Assembly: GCF_000142905.1 (NCBI RefSeq)
Contig: NW_013657676.1
Location: forward strand, 496,001-560,000
DNA from: Thecamonas trahens ATCC 50062
Lineage: Eukaryota; Protista; Apusomonadida
Direction of reading: 5' to 3'
Length of the DNA stretch: 64,000 nucleotides
Shown here: positions 20,460 through 33,144 of the stretch, piece after piece
How positions within the stretch are numbered: position 1 is the stretch's first letter
Layout: each line of letters starts with the position of its first letter
Position numbers and translations under genes: made by a program
The notes under the pieces: generated by a model
Told to the model about the DNA's origin: nothing
The model's database searches: none
Seen by the model: the letters and a program-made list of their open reading frames with translations, nothing else

Positions 20460-23203
20460 CAGTGTACGGAACGACGATAGTCATAGTCATTCGTAGTCAA
20501 AAGATTTAGTCATTAGTTAGTCAGTCAAACGTCAATGACTAAGATGGTGATCAAGACGGAGACACCCCTCTCACACGCAGCATGCCCCGTTCTTCGGCCT
20601 TGTGGCAGCTTGTCACGCACCAGAACAGAGAGGCTCCTTGCTGCAGGCTCTGCGGCAAGCAGATTAGCCTCAACAGTTTCAAGTCGACCTCAAATATCAA
20701 AAGCCACTTCCGAAACGCCCACAGCGAGGTGCTGTCGGCGCTGGACGTTGATGTCCCCACGTCCAGCCAGCAGCTGCAGGCGTACTTCCCCTCGGAAGAC
20801 CGCTTGAAGGCTGCAAAGCCGCGCGTTGCGGAATACGCGCTCAAGAGCGTGCTGTACAAGCACCGCTCGTTTGCGTCGATCGAAGACCCGTACCTCGCCC
20901 ACATGTTCGCTGTCGCAGTGGGTTTGAGTGCGACGAGCGTGCGCAAGATTCTACCGTGCGAGAAGCACCTGCGTGAGGGTGTACTCGATCGCGTTTTCCT
21001 CAAGTACCGCACCAAGATGCAGGAGCACATTGGGGACGGGCCTATCTCCCTCATCGTCGATGAGTGGACGTCGTCTGGGACGCGCCATACCTTTCTCGGT
21101 GTGTGTGCCCAGTTCTACAGTTCGGGAGTGCGCATGACAATCCCCATCGGGTTCAAGGCGCTCACCGCCGATCTCATGAACGCTGTTCGCTCAACGTCTG
21201 ACGACAGCGCCGAGTACGACACCACATATCTCTCCGCCAACGCCGAGAATCTCGCCAAGGTGGTGAAGCTCTGTGTGACAGAGTTCGGGATTGACTGGGT
21301 CCAGGTAGTCGCCTTGTCTAGCGACACAACGGCGCTCATGCCCCGGATGACAAAGCGCTTCCTCGAACTCCCGTGGCATCCATGTCTCTCCCACCGCATT
21401 CAGCGCATCGTCGGTGACGTGCTCAAGGCGGTACAGGCTGACAGTGAGCTGGATCCTGCCTTGGTGCAAACAGACTTGGTCTCGAGCCGTGACACGGCCG
21501 TACTCGAGATGGGCGGGGTAGGCGAGGACACGGACGACGAGGACGTCGAAAACGAGGATGGGTTCTCGGAGGTGGCATCGTTGTCGTCGTCAGAGTGGCC
21601 GACGCTGAGTGATACCGTTGCATCCGATGACTTTGCCTCTGCCCCGCTCGTGGGAAGCACTGACGCAATTTCTAAGCTGCGCCGCCTTGTCTCTTTCATC
21701 TCTCGCTCGTCCAAGGCCAAGCGCACGATGCGCCACTTCATCAACAAGAAGAACATCGAGGCTACGCACGCATACAAGTCCGCGCTGAACTCATATGAGA
21801 TGGATGTCCAGCTTGGTCAAGTAACCGTGGATGACAAACCGTCTCCACCCGTCCTGGTAACATACACGTCGTTGCGGCCGGACGTGAGTACTCGCTGGGG
21901 CTCGACGGTGACTATGCTGGAACGGGCGTCGAGGATGAAGGATGCCGTGGATTTTGTTTCGACTGAGATCGCGGGTGCCCCGGCTAAGTTGACCGCGAGC
22001 GAGTGGGACGAGGTACATGACGCTGTGGAGGTACTCCTCACGATCAACAACTCGTGCGTCATGTCTCAGACGTCCGATATGTCGTCCTCCCTTTCGCTCC
22101 TTACGATGGTGGGGATTGTGGACGATCTGGCAGAGCTCAAGATCAACAACGAGGATATCCCTAGGATCCAACAGCTGTGCGACATCGCCACCCAGGCAGT
22201 GTACAAACAGGTTGCGTACTTGTACAAAGAGGATGCGTGCCTCTTTGCTCTCCTTATTGACACGACTGTCACCAAGGACGACCTTATGTATGTCCAGGGA
22301 GTTGTCGCCGACGCCAACAACTCGCTTGGTGTGCGCCATCTGGCGACCGCTGCTGAGGTCCACCATGACATGTGGCGTCGCTTGGCAGACGTCCTTGAGC
22401 CCAAGCTCCTGGACATTCTATCCACGCTCCCGTCGCATACTGCGGCGTCATCGAGCGGAGCGAGCAACACGCTGCCGCAAGAATCGCGGGACCCCACGTA
22501 CTTTTCCCCGAGTATGTCTGCTGCCGGTGGGCCATCCAAGGTGGTAATGGCTGAGCCGGCTTCATCGCCACAGGCGCGCTCGCGGATGGCCGCGGAGCGC
22601 GAGGCGCGCGCTCGTAACATTGCCAAGCGCGAGAAGAACGCGGGGAAGCGCCTGCGCGCGAAGAGCGTTGATGAGGTTCGCGGCTGCAAGGTGCGAAAGA
22701 TGACGGTGAACGATACGCCTGCGTCTGTGGCTTCGTTCAGCAACTACAAGCTCGTCGAAGTGTTCTGCAAGGTTCTCACGGCTACGTTGTACAACAGTCG
22801 GCTAATCTCTACCTCTTCAAGTTTGTCCGTAGGCGACGTGTTGGCTAAGTTTGAGGACGTGTGCGTCGGTCTCGAGTCTCGCAAGAACTGGAACCGCAAG
22901 GCTGACGTACGGCGGATCCAGGTGCTGTGTGCGAGGTTCCGCTTGTGGGGCCAGGGGATCCTTCTTCCATCGGCCTCCGCTGCCAGCGTCGAACGGCTCA
23001 ACTCGGTGGCGACAGACATGATGACGAGGAAGCGGAACCGCCTCTCGGCTCTGCGCGCCGAGAAGATGATGCTCCTGCGTGCATGGATGCTTTTCGACTT
23101 TGAGCTGACGAAGAAACTGTAGTGACGATACGCATCAGCTGTTAGTCATTTAGTCAGTCATTAGAATCAGTTAGTTAGTCACAGTAAGCCGTTCCGTTCA
23201 CTG
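20460..23203 (+). mobile_element. complete autonomous hAT DNA transposon
   Basis: Left TIR CAGTGTACGGAACG (20460-20473) and right TIR CGTTCCGTTCACTG (23190-23203; reverse complement CAGTGAACGGAACG, 1 mismatch). 8-bp TSD ACACACAC at 20452-20459 and 23204-23211. TAGTCA subterminal repeats at both ends. Confidence 0.92.
20582..23122 (+). CDS. hAT transposase (BED zinc finger, DDE, dimerisation domain)
   Basis: SALWQLV...CRLC...STSNIKSHFRNAH (BED), LIVDEWTS (D1), ALSSDTT (D2), CLSH (CxxH), DVSTRWGST and SAASVERLNS...RKRNRLS (E3, hAT dimerisation). Uninterrupted 846 aa. Confidence 0.93.
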   Translation: MPRSSALWQLVTHQNREAPCCRLCGKQISLNSFKSTSNIKSHFRNAHSEVLSALDVDVPTSSQQLQAYFPSEDRLKAAKPRVAEYALKSVLYKHRSFASIEDPYLAHMFAVAVGLSATSVRKILPCEKHLREGVLDRVFLKYRTKMQEHIGDGPISLIVDEWTSSGTRHTFLGVCAQFYSSGVRMTIPIGFKALTADLMNAVRSTSDDSAEYDTTYLSANAENLAKVVKLCVTEFGIDWVQVVALSSDTTALMPRMTKRFLELPWHPCLSHRIQRIVGDVLKAVQADSELDPALVQTDLVSSRDTAVLEMGGVGEDTDDEDVENEDGFSEVASLSSSEWPTLSDTVASDDFASAPLVGSTDAISKLRRLVSFISRSSKAKRTMRHFINKKNIEATHAYKSALNSYEMDVQLGQVTVDDKPSPPVLVTYTSLRPDVSTRWGSTVTMLERASRMKDAVDFVSTEIAGAPAKLTASEWDEVHDAVEVLLTINNSCVMSQTSDMSSSLSLLTMVGIVDDLAELKINNEDIPRIQQLCDIATQAVYKQVAYLYKEDACLFALLIDTTVTKDDLMYVQGVVADANNSLGVRHLATAAEVHHDMWRRLADVLEPKLLDILSTLPSHTAASSSGASNTLPQESRDPTYFSPSMSAAGGPSKVVMAEPASSPQARSRMAAEREARARNIAKREKNAGKRLRAKSVDEVRGCKVRKMTVNDTPASVASFSNYKLVEVFCKVLTATLYNSRLISTSSSLSVGDVLAKFEDVCVGLESRKNWNRKADVRRIQVLCARFRLWGQGILLPSASAASVERLNSVATDMMTRKRNRLSALRAEKMMLLRAWMLFDFELTKKL

Positions 23204-23606
23204 ACACACACTCTCTCTCTCGGTCTCTCGGTCTCTCGGTCTCTCGCTCTCTTCGTCACCTGGGGACTGACCCACTCGGTTGCTCCTCGCCCGACTCCTC
23301 TTACAACCGTTGGCTACATGTCCAATATCGGACTTGGGAACGCAGGGCTTGTGGAATAGCAGAGCGAGTGCGATGTGGGGATCGGAGGATGGGGATACCT
23401 TTGTGGAAGGTTGATATGTCTGAGTTGATGTTGATGCCTGCCTGGGGTGTGTGTGTGTGTGCTGCTGTTAGCCGTCGACGTGGCAGCAAGGTTGCAGCGG
23501 CATCGAGCGCGCCTTCCTCTCCGCACCGGCAGCGCCGATTCACACACACATCGAAGCAACTTGTCATGGTTCGACAAGGCACATTCATTGAGTGATGCTC
23601 ACGTCT

Positions 23607-24901
23607 TCACACGTGAGCTGATGCCGAGTGGCCGGCGCCCCAGCCAAAGACCTCGACGCAGATGGCGTGGAGCGAGACAAAGGTGCCGAGGGCGCCGCCT
23701 GTGACGCCAAAGGCGACGATGGCGTAGCGGAAGCCTTGCGGGACAAAGTTGGAGGCTGGCTCCTTGCGGAAAAAGTGAAGATGGAGGAGGGCGGGGAGGA
23801 TGAACGAGAGAGTGGCCGAGCCGACGTTGCCAATGAGCGAGAGGAGGAGGCCAAAGCGCGGTAGGATGTAGGCGATGAGAGCGGTTGTGGCCACAAGTGC
23901 GGTGGCGATGGCCTTGCGGTGTGCAGGTGCGTTCGAGCCGGTGGCCTCGGCGACAATGTCGATGACCGGAAAGAGCTGCAGCGGGTAGGTGAAGACGACG
24001 CCAAGGCAAATGCAGAGCGTGACGACATTGAGCAGCGGCGTCGGCTCTATGTTGAGAGTGAGCACGTCCTCGACAGCCGAGCCAAAGGCAAGGTAGCCGA
24101 GAACGCCAAAAAGCATAAAGATGAGCGAGACAACGACGATGCAAAGGGTGAGAAGGCGTGTAAAGGTCGCCGGGGCGAGACCCATGTTGGACTCCATGGG
24201 CACGACGAGGGCGATGCCCTCAAAGCCCGAGACGACGACGCCAAAGAAAAGCGCAAACGACGACCAGTTGGCAAGGACCACATCGCCATCAGGTGGCGGG
24301 GCAAAGGCCATCTGGTCCAAAGCGCGGGCTGTGATGACAACAAAGCCAAAGAGGAGGACAGCATCGGCGGCGAGCGAAAAGGGTACCAACTTGGACATGT
24401 CCTGGATGAGCGAGAGGAGGAGCACACCTGGAACCATGGCAACGAGAAAGAACCAGGCGTGTGACTCGTGGCCAAAGACCATGGCGGCGTTGCTCGAGAC
24501 AAAGATAAAGTATCCGATGCAAAGCCGAGCTGAGTGATGACCACGGCCGAGTCGACGACCAGCCTCCCTGTGGGGCCATACACGGTGGCGGCAATGTCGC
24601 CATAGCTCACAGCACCACCTCCAGCACGACGAGCTTCGAGCTTTCGCTTGCACTCGATAAGAAGCATGCAGCAGTAGCCTGTGAGTGCTCCAATGATGCC
24701 CAGACCAACCAGGCCGACGCCTAGTCCGGCGCACTTGACCGCGTAGGGGATGGAGAGGTAGTTGGCACCCACAAAGGCCTTCATCATGTGTCCAAAGTGC
24801 GAGCCAAGAGACTCATTGTGTCCATCTTCGTCACTTTGTCCATGTCCATGGTCTCCCTTCTTCATCACTTCGGCCCCCACAACAGGCCCAGACGTCGACA
24901 T
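23607..24901 (-). CDS. amino acid transporter, AAAP/SLC36-AVT3-like (probable frameshift ~24522)
   Basis: HMMKAFVGANYLSIPYA, SYGDIA, TQLGF|CIGYFIF (one extra T), FEGIALVVPMES, FGVLGYLAFG, FTYPLQLFP and LSFILP. Confidence 0.9.
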
Positions 24902-25147
24902 CAGAGTCTGCGCTCTTGTGTAGAGTCGTGGTCGTCGTCGACGTCGGCTGCTGGTGGCTGGCCAGTCGCCGGTTGGCGGTCGGCGGTTGGCGAGGGCGGG
25001 GGGAGGGGAGGGATGTGATGGCGTGGGGGACGGGGGGGTAGGGGTAGGAATGGAGTTTGAGCGTAGGCGTGGGGATAGGCGTAGTAACGATGTCTGGTGT
25101 GTGTGTGTGTGCGCGTGTGTGTGTGATGCAGATCTTTATTCTCGCCT

Positions 25148-26210
25148 CTACCTGTACAGGTAGTCAGCCTCGAGAGCCTCGGCAATCTCGGTCTCCCACT
25201 TATCGCCGTTGGCAAGGAGCTTCTCCTTGTTGTACAGGAGCTCCTCGCGCGACTCGGTGGAAAACTCAAAGTTGGGACCCTCGACAATGGCGTCGACCGG
25301 GCAGGCCTCCTGGCACAGGCCGCAGTAGATGCACTTGGTCATGTCGAGATCATACCGGATCGTCCGCCGGGTCCCGTCGTTGCTCCGCGGCGCAGCCTCA
25401 ATGGTCAGCGCCGATGCCGGGCAGGCCGACGAGCAGAGCGAGCACCCGATGCACCGCTCCTCGCCCGTCGGGTAGCGACGCAGCGCGTGCTCACCACGGA
25501 ACCGCGGCGAGATGGGCCCCTTCTCAAACGGATAGTTGAGCGTGACCTTGGGCGCAAAGAAGTACTCCAGCGTCAGCGCCATTCCGCGCGCAAGCTCAGT
25601 CAGGAACAGAGACTTGGCGTTGTAGTTGAGCAGCTCGTCGTTAGACGGATCAGTAGAAAGGCCATCCCACCCATCAGACTTGTCAACCTGTGTGCTCTGC
25701 TGCTTTCCATCCCGCCCATCATCCCCAGACCCAGCCATGTCCACCCCGCATCCAAGCAAGCGTCCGCCGCAGCAAGCGTCCGCCGCAGCAAGCGTATGCC
25801 GTCCGAGTCGATCACCAGCCGGTCCGTCGTCCCCGCGTCCGCACCGCCATTCCACCCCGCACCATAGCGACCCAACCATCCAACACGAAGCATGTAACAC
25901 ATTGTGAGTACCTTGTCTATACACACAAGCACCTCCATGTCGTAGTCCTGTCATCTCAAGACCTCACAATCCTTCTCCGTACCCCTCCACTTGCGGAGCG
26001 GGGGAGAGTCTCTGGCTGAGGAGCAAAAAATCAAACGCGACGAGGCGTGGTTCAGTACCGCAAGGGCATAGGGATGGAGAGCAGGGGTGTGTGTGTGTGT
26101 GGGGGGGGGGGCATGATATGGCTTCGTACCTGGCGCACAGCAGCGGTAGGCACAGCAGCAGTGGCAAGCCCAGCAGCGGCTCGCACTCCTCCCGTCACAG
26201 CGCGAAGCAT
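25148..26210 (-). CDS. NDUFS8: mitochondrial complex I 2x[4Fe-4S] subunit NDUFS8 (TYKY/NuoI), multi-exon
   Basis: [42 protein letters not shown]...[20 protein letters not shown]...EADYLYR. Presequence-like first exon [19 protein letters not shown] (26210-26130) ends at a GTACG donor. Confidence 0.95.
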
Positions 26211-26382
26211 GTTGTGTCTCGAGTCGAGTGGCGGAGGCTGGGAATGTGGCGGCTAAGTGGCTGGTGGCTGGTGACTGGCGGGTGGCGGGTGGCGTGTGGT
26301 GGCTGACGGCCGGGGCCGGGTGGGTGGTGTTGGGCGGGGTGGAGAGTCGGTCGGCGGCTTGGGGCTTTACACCTTTACACGC

Positions 26383-27621
26383 TTAGTCGACCGGGAGATC
26401 AAGCTCCGGATCGGCAAACGAGTCACGGGCATGGACGGATCCAGCCGAGGCTTTGGGCGCGTCAGTGGGGACGGCAGGGGTGGCGTCGCCGTCGCCGTCC
26501 TGCTTGGATGCCTTGCCAACGCCGACGACGGCGTTGTTGGCGTTGAGATCGGCCTTGGTCTCGGCCATCTTCTTCTTGAGCTCGCGGCGCTTGGCGTGGT
26601 TCTTGCGGACCTCAACAGCCGCAGTCGACTCGTCGCGCGATGACGATCCGCCGTGCTGCGTGCGCATCTTGGCCATCAGGTCATCGTGGGCCGACGGCTT
26701 GTTGGAATGGTGGTACACACCATCGCGGGCGGTGGCCGCCAGAAGCAGCTGTGCGTGGTAGCACTGCTGCGCGAGGTGCGGGTTGGAGGCCTGGAAGTGC
26801 TCGCGCGCAGCACGGAGCGCCTTGAGGCCGTCGGTCGAGTCAAACAGCTCGTCCGAGTGCCGCACCAGAATGGGAAGCCAATGCGACTCGTTCGGATGAG
26901 TCACCATCCATGCCAGATCATCCGCCAATGCTGCCACCGTCGGCAGGGTCTTGAAGAACTGAGAGGCCTCAATGCACCGGCCAAACTCGTCCCGCTCCCG
27001 CAAGATGCACAGGCCTTGTCGCGACATCAGCCCCGGCCGCGGCACCGGTTTCTTTTGCCCCGATGTGATGGTGAGGTTGTACTTTTTCAGCAGCCGTCCA
27101 ACCCGCTTCTCCGTCACCTTCCAGTGCGGGTACGTCAGCTGAAGAAACTTGGCGAGCCTATGTCCGAGAGCAGCGACGATGAGGAAAGAGAGAGAGAGGC
27201 CCAGCCAGCCGGGAGGAAGAGGATATCCGAATCCAGGGTACCAAGATGGTGCCACCAGTAGCCATCGCGATGTCATAGTCATCATCCCAAGTTTTGTAAG
27301 TATATATGTGCATGTTGTTCGCGTGTGTATGTACGTGACATGGGAGTTTGGTCGCATTGCCAGATAGTCCCCCCCTCCCGCCTCCCTTAGCCCTCTCTGC
27401 TGTGCTGTCCCGCCATCGCGATCACCCTCCTCCTCCCCCTCCACCCTCCCCCCCCCCCCTTCACCAAGCACCACCTCCCCCCCCCTCCCTCCCTCCCTTC
27501 CTCCCCTCCCCTCCCTGCACACCGTGTCTACCTACCGTTTCCTTCCAAACGATGGGTTCTGCTTCTTGGCCATGAAGAGGACAGGGAGGAACTCGTCCGA
27601 GCTGGGAATGACCTGCTCCAT
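26383..27621 (-). CDS. hypothetical protein with N-terminal HTH-like segment, spliced
   Basis: Exon MEQVIPSSDEFLPVLFMAKKQNPSFGRKR followed, after a low-complexity intron, by LAKFLQLTYPHWKVTEKRVGRLLKKYNL...; host-like codon usage. Confidence 0.5.
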
Positions 27622-28117
27622 AGGCAATGTATAAGGTGGTGGTGGTGGTGGTGTGTGTGTGTGTGGGGGGTTTGTGCTATGCTGTGGTGTGGTGGAGGAG
27701 AGAGAGAGAGAGAGTGTGTGTAGGGTGTGTGGGATAGTGTAGTGGTGGCAAGTGTGTGTGTGGGGGGGGGGGGGGTGCGGGTGGCCGGGAGGTAGAGTCG
27801 GCGGGTGGCCGTGCTTGCGCTGTGGACGAGGCAATGATAATGGAGATTGGTTGGTCCTCGATCGCCATAAAGGTGGGCTCGACATGGGGCTGGTGCACAC
27901 CAATCGGGGTCTATTACATAGGGAAGGTCAAGGTCAGGGCGAGGCCGATCGCGTCGCTCGGGGTGGCCTCCAGCTAGAGTGGGCATGCTCGGACTGGTCA
28001 ACCACCCGACGACCGGCACGGGCTCTCGGCAAGTGTGTAGTGTTTGTGATGTGGTCGATATGCCTGCTTGATATTGCTGTTGGTGTTGCAGCTGCTTCGG
28101 TGGACGAGGAGGTTGGT

Positions 28118-31100
28118 TTACGATGAAACAGTGGCATAGATCGACGAGGATGAGCATGACGAGGACCATGCGGCGTTGCGGTCGCGATGGCCAGCGTCGT
28201 GGTCCGAGAGAGAGATCGACGGCGACGCTGCGTATGATGGCGGAAGGCTGGGGTCAGAGTCATGGTCTGAAACCGAGTAGTACGAGTAGTAGGCCTCGTC
28301 GACGTTGTGAGTGAGGCGCACGGGGAGGTGGCGGTGGGTGCCGACGAGACATAGGCCATCAGATCCTCGATGGTGAGGGCGGCGGCGTCGCCGGTCTCGC
28401 CATCCGAGGCAACCATCGACTTGCGGGCCATGTCGAGGAGCTCGGTGTACGAGACCCGGGCCTCGGCAAGGGCGCGAAGCTGGGCGGCGGACGCATCGCC
28501 GGTAGCCTCGACGAGCGAGGTGAAGAATCCGCTCGGGTTGTCGAGCAAGGCGGCAGGGGTGTCAAACTCGACGAGCTCACCGTCGTCGAGAACCATGACC
28601 CGATCCGAGTCGACGACGGTCCCGATGCGGTGTGCAATGGCGAGGATGGTGCACGAGGCAAAGGCAGTACGGACGGTGGTCTGAATGGCGGCATCGGTGT
28701 CAAAGTCGACCGATGCAGTCGCCTCGTCGAGAACCAGGATCTTGGGCTTGCGGAGTAGGGCGCGGGCGAGGCAGATGAGCTGCTTCTCGCCGACCGAAAA
28801 GTTGGAGCCGGCTTCGGTGACAGGATGGGCAAGGTGGAGATCGTAGCTCTCCACAGTCGGCTTGAGGAGAGCGAGCTCGAGGGCCGACCAGACCTCAGCA
28901 TCAGTAAACTGCGCAAACGGGTCGACATTGTCGCGGACGGTGCCAGCAAACAGGACCGGATCCTGGGGAATGATGGCCAGCGAGGAGCGGAGGTCGGCGA
29001 GGCCGATGGCAGTCACGTCGACTCCATCGATAACCAGCTTGCCGCCGTCATTCTCGATTTCGACCAGGCGGAAGAGGACCGACATGAGTGAGGACTTGCC
29101 CGAGCCGGAGCGGCCAACGACGCCGATCTTCTCGCCACCACGGATAGTGGCGGAGAGCTTTTTGAGAACCAACGGAAGGCCCGGGCGGTATCTCATCGAG
29201 ACGTTGGAAAGCTTGATCTCGCCAGACGACGGCCACGACGGCGGCGGTGCGTTCTCTGGAATGTGGGCCGGCGCCTCGGATGGCAGCTCCGAGTAGGCCG
29301 AGATACGCTCGACCGAGTTCATCAACTGCTCAACAAAGGTGCCGAGCTGGACGACAAACTGCATGAAGCCCGTGACCGAGAGCGAGTACGAGACGGCCAT
29401 GGCGGCGAGGCCAGGATCAAGCTTGCCCGAATGGATGTCGTCGCGCGAGAGAACGATCGAGAGGCCTGCGGCGAGGACAAGGAGCTGGCCGAGTGTCACC
29501 ATTCGGATGCGAAGCCAGAGGCCGGCAACGTGCTGATAGAGCATGGCCTGGTGGTTGTAGTCGAGGCGAGCGCAGTTTTCAACGGCTAGCTGCGCCTCGC
29601 GCGAGTACGCGCGGACCGAGTCCACTCCGGCCAGCGTCTCGGAAAACTGCTGGTAGACCGGCGAGCGCGAGATCGACGCCAGCCTGCGGAGCTCGAGTGA
29701 CGAGTAGCGGTAGTAGCGCTGGATAAAGTAGTAGACGACAGCGATGGGGATGAGAAAGAAGATAAAGTACCAGCGGATGACGCAAATGGCAACAAGCATG
29801 CCCGAGAGGAGGAAGATGACCAGCATGTAAGTGTTGAGCTGCGCCGGGAGCTGAGTATCGATGGTGTCGAGATCCTTGGAGAACCGGTTGAGGATGCGGC
29901 CGAGGGGGTGGTGTCAAAGAACGACATCGGCGAGTGGAGGACGGAGCGAAGGACCCGCTCGTGCATTTCGCGCGCGGCAGACACGGTGCCGCGGACCCAC
30001 CAGACTTCGCGGGCAAAGACAAAGAGTGTGTTGAGAATGGCAAAGAGAACAAGGATGCCGAGGTAGAACTCGAGTTTGAAGCTCTTGCCGGTCTTCTTCT
30101 CGAGATAGCCCGACGACCAGTACGAGAGCCACAGATCGGTGCCGGTGGTAAATGCCTGAGCCACGGCATGGAGGAGCATGTAGACGACAAAGAAGAGGAT
30201 GGTGCCCATGGTTGCCAGGTACTTGAGGTAGACGGAGAGCGGGACTGCGCCAGTATCGCGCTCCTCAGCAATAGTCAGTTTGCCGTCGCCGCCAGCGGCC
30301 GGCTGCGGATTAGGAGGCGGCACCTCCTCCACCTTGGAGTGCGAGGAAAGGAGCGAACTGCCTGAAATCAGGGCCGACGACTGCTGGCGTCTGTCGAGCG
30401 AGGCTGATGTGGCCTTGGCATTTGTCGCAACAAGGTCAGCGTCCGAGCCGCTGGCATCAACGGAGCCCATGTGCTCAATGTACATCGCAGCAAAGGCACC
30501 ATCAGCAGCAAGCAGCTCGTCGAGGGTGCCCTCTTCGGCAATGGTGCCGTCACTGCCGAGTGAGATAACGTAGTCGGCAGCAGCGAGGTGTTGAAGGTGG
30601 TTGGTGGTGAGGACGCGGGTCTTGGAGCGTAGAACGCCGTTAATGCACTTGTCAAAGATGTTCTTGCCGACCTCGGCGTCGACGGCCGAGAGAGGATCGT
30701 CCATGATGTAGATCTCGGCGTCGGTGTAGACTGCGCGGGCAATGGAGACCCGCTGCTTTTGCCCCCCCGAGAGATTGATGCCGCGCTCGCCGATCTCAGT
30801 CTCGTCGCCTGCGGGGAGGACGGTAAGGTCGTGGGTGAGAGAGGCCGCGGTGAGCGCAGCCTGGTAGCGGGCCTCGTCGTAGTTGGCGCCAAAGAGCACG
30901 TTGTTGCGCAGGGTGTCGTTCATGATCCATGCCGTCTGCGGCACAAGCGCAATCGAGTCGGCGACGCAGACAGCGCCCGACACAATGTGGATTTCGCCGA
31001 GGAGAGCTGCGACAAGCGAGGACTTGCCAGAGCCGACAGGGCCAACAATCATGACCAGCGACCCACGCGGGAGCTCAAAGTTGATGTTGCGGAGAGCAGG

Positions 31101-32687
31101 GAGCGTCGGGCCCGATGCCGTCACATGTGGCGCGGCCTTACCGCTGCCATCTGAAGCTGGCGCAGCGGCAGGCTCCGCCTCTGTCAGTGCCTTTGCTGAC
31201 GCCTTGGCAGCCTTTGCGGCTTCTGCAGCGGCCTCTGCAGCTTCGACAGCGGTGAGCTCGGGCGCCCAGGCAAAGGTGCCATCGACGATGCGGGCGAGGA
31301 TAGGCTTGCGGGCGGCAAAGCGAGGCTTGCGAGGGCGAGCGCGAGTGGACGGGTCCGGGTTACCGTTGGCGAAAAAGACGAGGTCTTCTTCGGTGATGCC
31401 GTCGGCGTCGAGGCCTGGGGTGTAGGGGATGCGGGTGTTGGCAACCTCGCGCTTGGTGAGGAAGCGCTCGAGGCGAGCGGTAGAGGTACGCGCGAGAACG
31501 ATTTGGATGGCCATCATGGGTGCATTGGTGAGCGGCATGCGGAGGAGGTTGAAGAGGGCCATCGAGACAAAGACGCGCTCGACGGTGAGCGCGTCTGTGG
31601 TGGCGGCGTAGACGACGATGGCGGCGAGGAAAATGAGTGTTGGCGAGAGGATGATACCAAACATGAGGGCGGCGGTGTAGTTTGCGATGCGGCGGATGAT
31701 GTTGAGCTCGGTCTCGCGAGTGGCTCGAATGCGAGCCATGAACGGCTCCTCGTACGAGTTGAACTTGATGACCCGGATGCCGGTCAGGATCTCGTTCATG
31801 AGCTTGACTCGCTCGTCAGCGATTTGCATCTTGGAGACTTGCAGCTTGGAGAGGGCACCACCAATCTTGGCGTTGAACGGAAGAAAGATGAGAATGACGG
31901 CGATGCCGGCGAGGACCGACGGGCCGAGCTGATCCCACAGCAGCGCGAGGGCGACGATGATCTGCAGCGGGGTGGAGATGACCTCCTTGATGACGTTGGT
32001 GAAGGTGAACATGCGCATGGCGTCGGTCGACATGAGCTGCACAATCTCGCCGGTCGAAGTGCCTTGGCGTGCGCCGTTGGACATGCGGAGCGCCTTGCGG
32101 AAGACGGCGTTGTTGGTGGCGGCCAGCGAGGCCATGCCGAGCCGCACCAGGATGCGGTCGGTGGTGGTGCCCAGAATGGTCCCGATCCAGGGCACAACGG
32201 CGAGGAGACATGCGTAGATGATGCCATTGACCATCGGCTCATCCTTGGAAGCCAGGAACCGGATGATGGCCCGGAGGAGGAGCGGGCCGGCAAACGGCGC
32301 TCCAGCCGAGAGGATGACCATGACGAGGACCATGACAATGGCTGGCGTGCCGGCCATGGCCACAAGCGTCCTGCGGAGCGATGGGCGCTTTGGCGGCGCG
32401 TCCGGCCCAGCCTCGGCGGCGATGGTGGCCACTCGAGCCTCCTCCGCCGCCCAAAGCGCTTCAAATTGCGCCGTCACGCCTTTCGCCTGCGAGATCTCCG
32501 GCAGCGGCGGCAGGTCGGTGTGCTCCAGCGGCTGCCTGGAGCCGAGCTTTAGCAGCGGCGAGATCCATGAAAAGCCCAGCCGCGACGGCAGCGAGGCCGT
32601 GTCTTCGGGGCATACCTTTATCCGATTCACCTCTGGGTCTGGCTTGTTTGCCTGGCTCGACTTGCGGGCTTTCATGGTCTTGTGCAT
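28118..32687 (-). CDS. ABCC/MRP-type ABC transporter (TMD1-NBD1-TMD2-NBD2), with probable frameshifts at ~29905 and ~28323
   Basis: GPVGSGKSS, GERGINLSGGQKQR, MDDPLSAVD, FFDTTP|LGRILNRF (one extra C), GRSGSGKSS, IIPQDPVLF, NFSVGEKQL and LDEATASVD. Confidence 0.95.
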
Positions 32688-33144
32688 CGAGTGCGAGCGA
32701 GGTGTCTCCAGGCGGACAAGCACCTGAGGCACAATTGGCACGTGCGAGTCGGCGTGGGCAGCTGTGGCAGACGACCACGAGTCGGGCTTTTATGCTCTGC
32801 TACTCCGCTTTCCGACGGAATTCCAAGGAACGGACGACATGGACGGCAGCGATGGGAATGTTCCTTCTATTTGCTGCTGCAATGAGCTTTGGCTTCTTGC
32901 AGTGCGGTTGGAGAAGGGCAGTTGGATGTGGTGAGCGCCGCGATGGACAGGGAGGCGCGCGGGTTGTGGTAGGCACGGAGAGGGGGGGGGGGGGGGGGGG
33001 TTCTTCCCGGCAGGGCAAAGGGACAGGAATTGAGGGGTTCGGTTTTTCGGTGGCAAGCCAACACTCGTCTCACTGCAGCCGATTGCTCGTGTGATCTGGC
33101 TCGTGCGGAGCACTGGACGCGCGGCTGGACTGGAGTGAGCGGCG

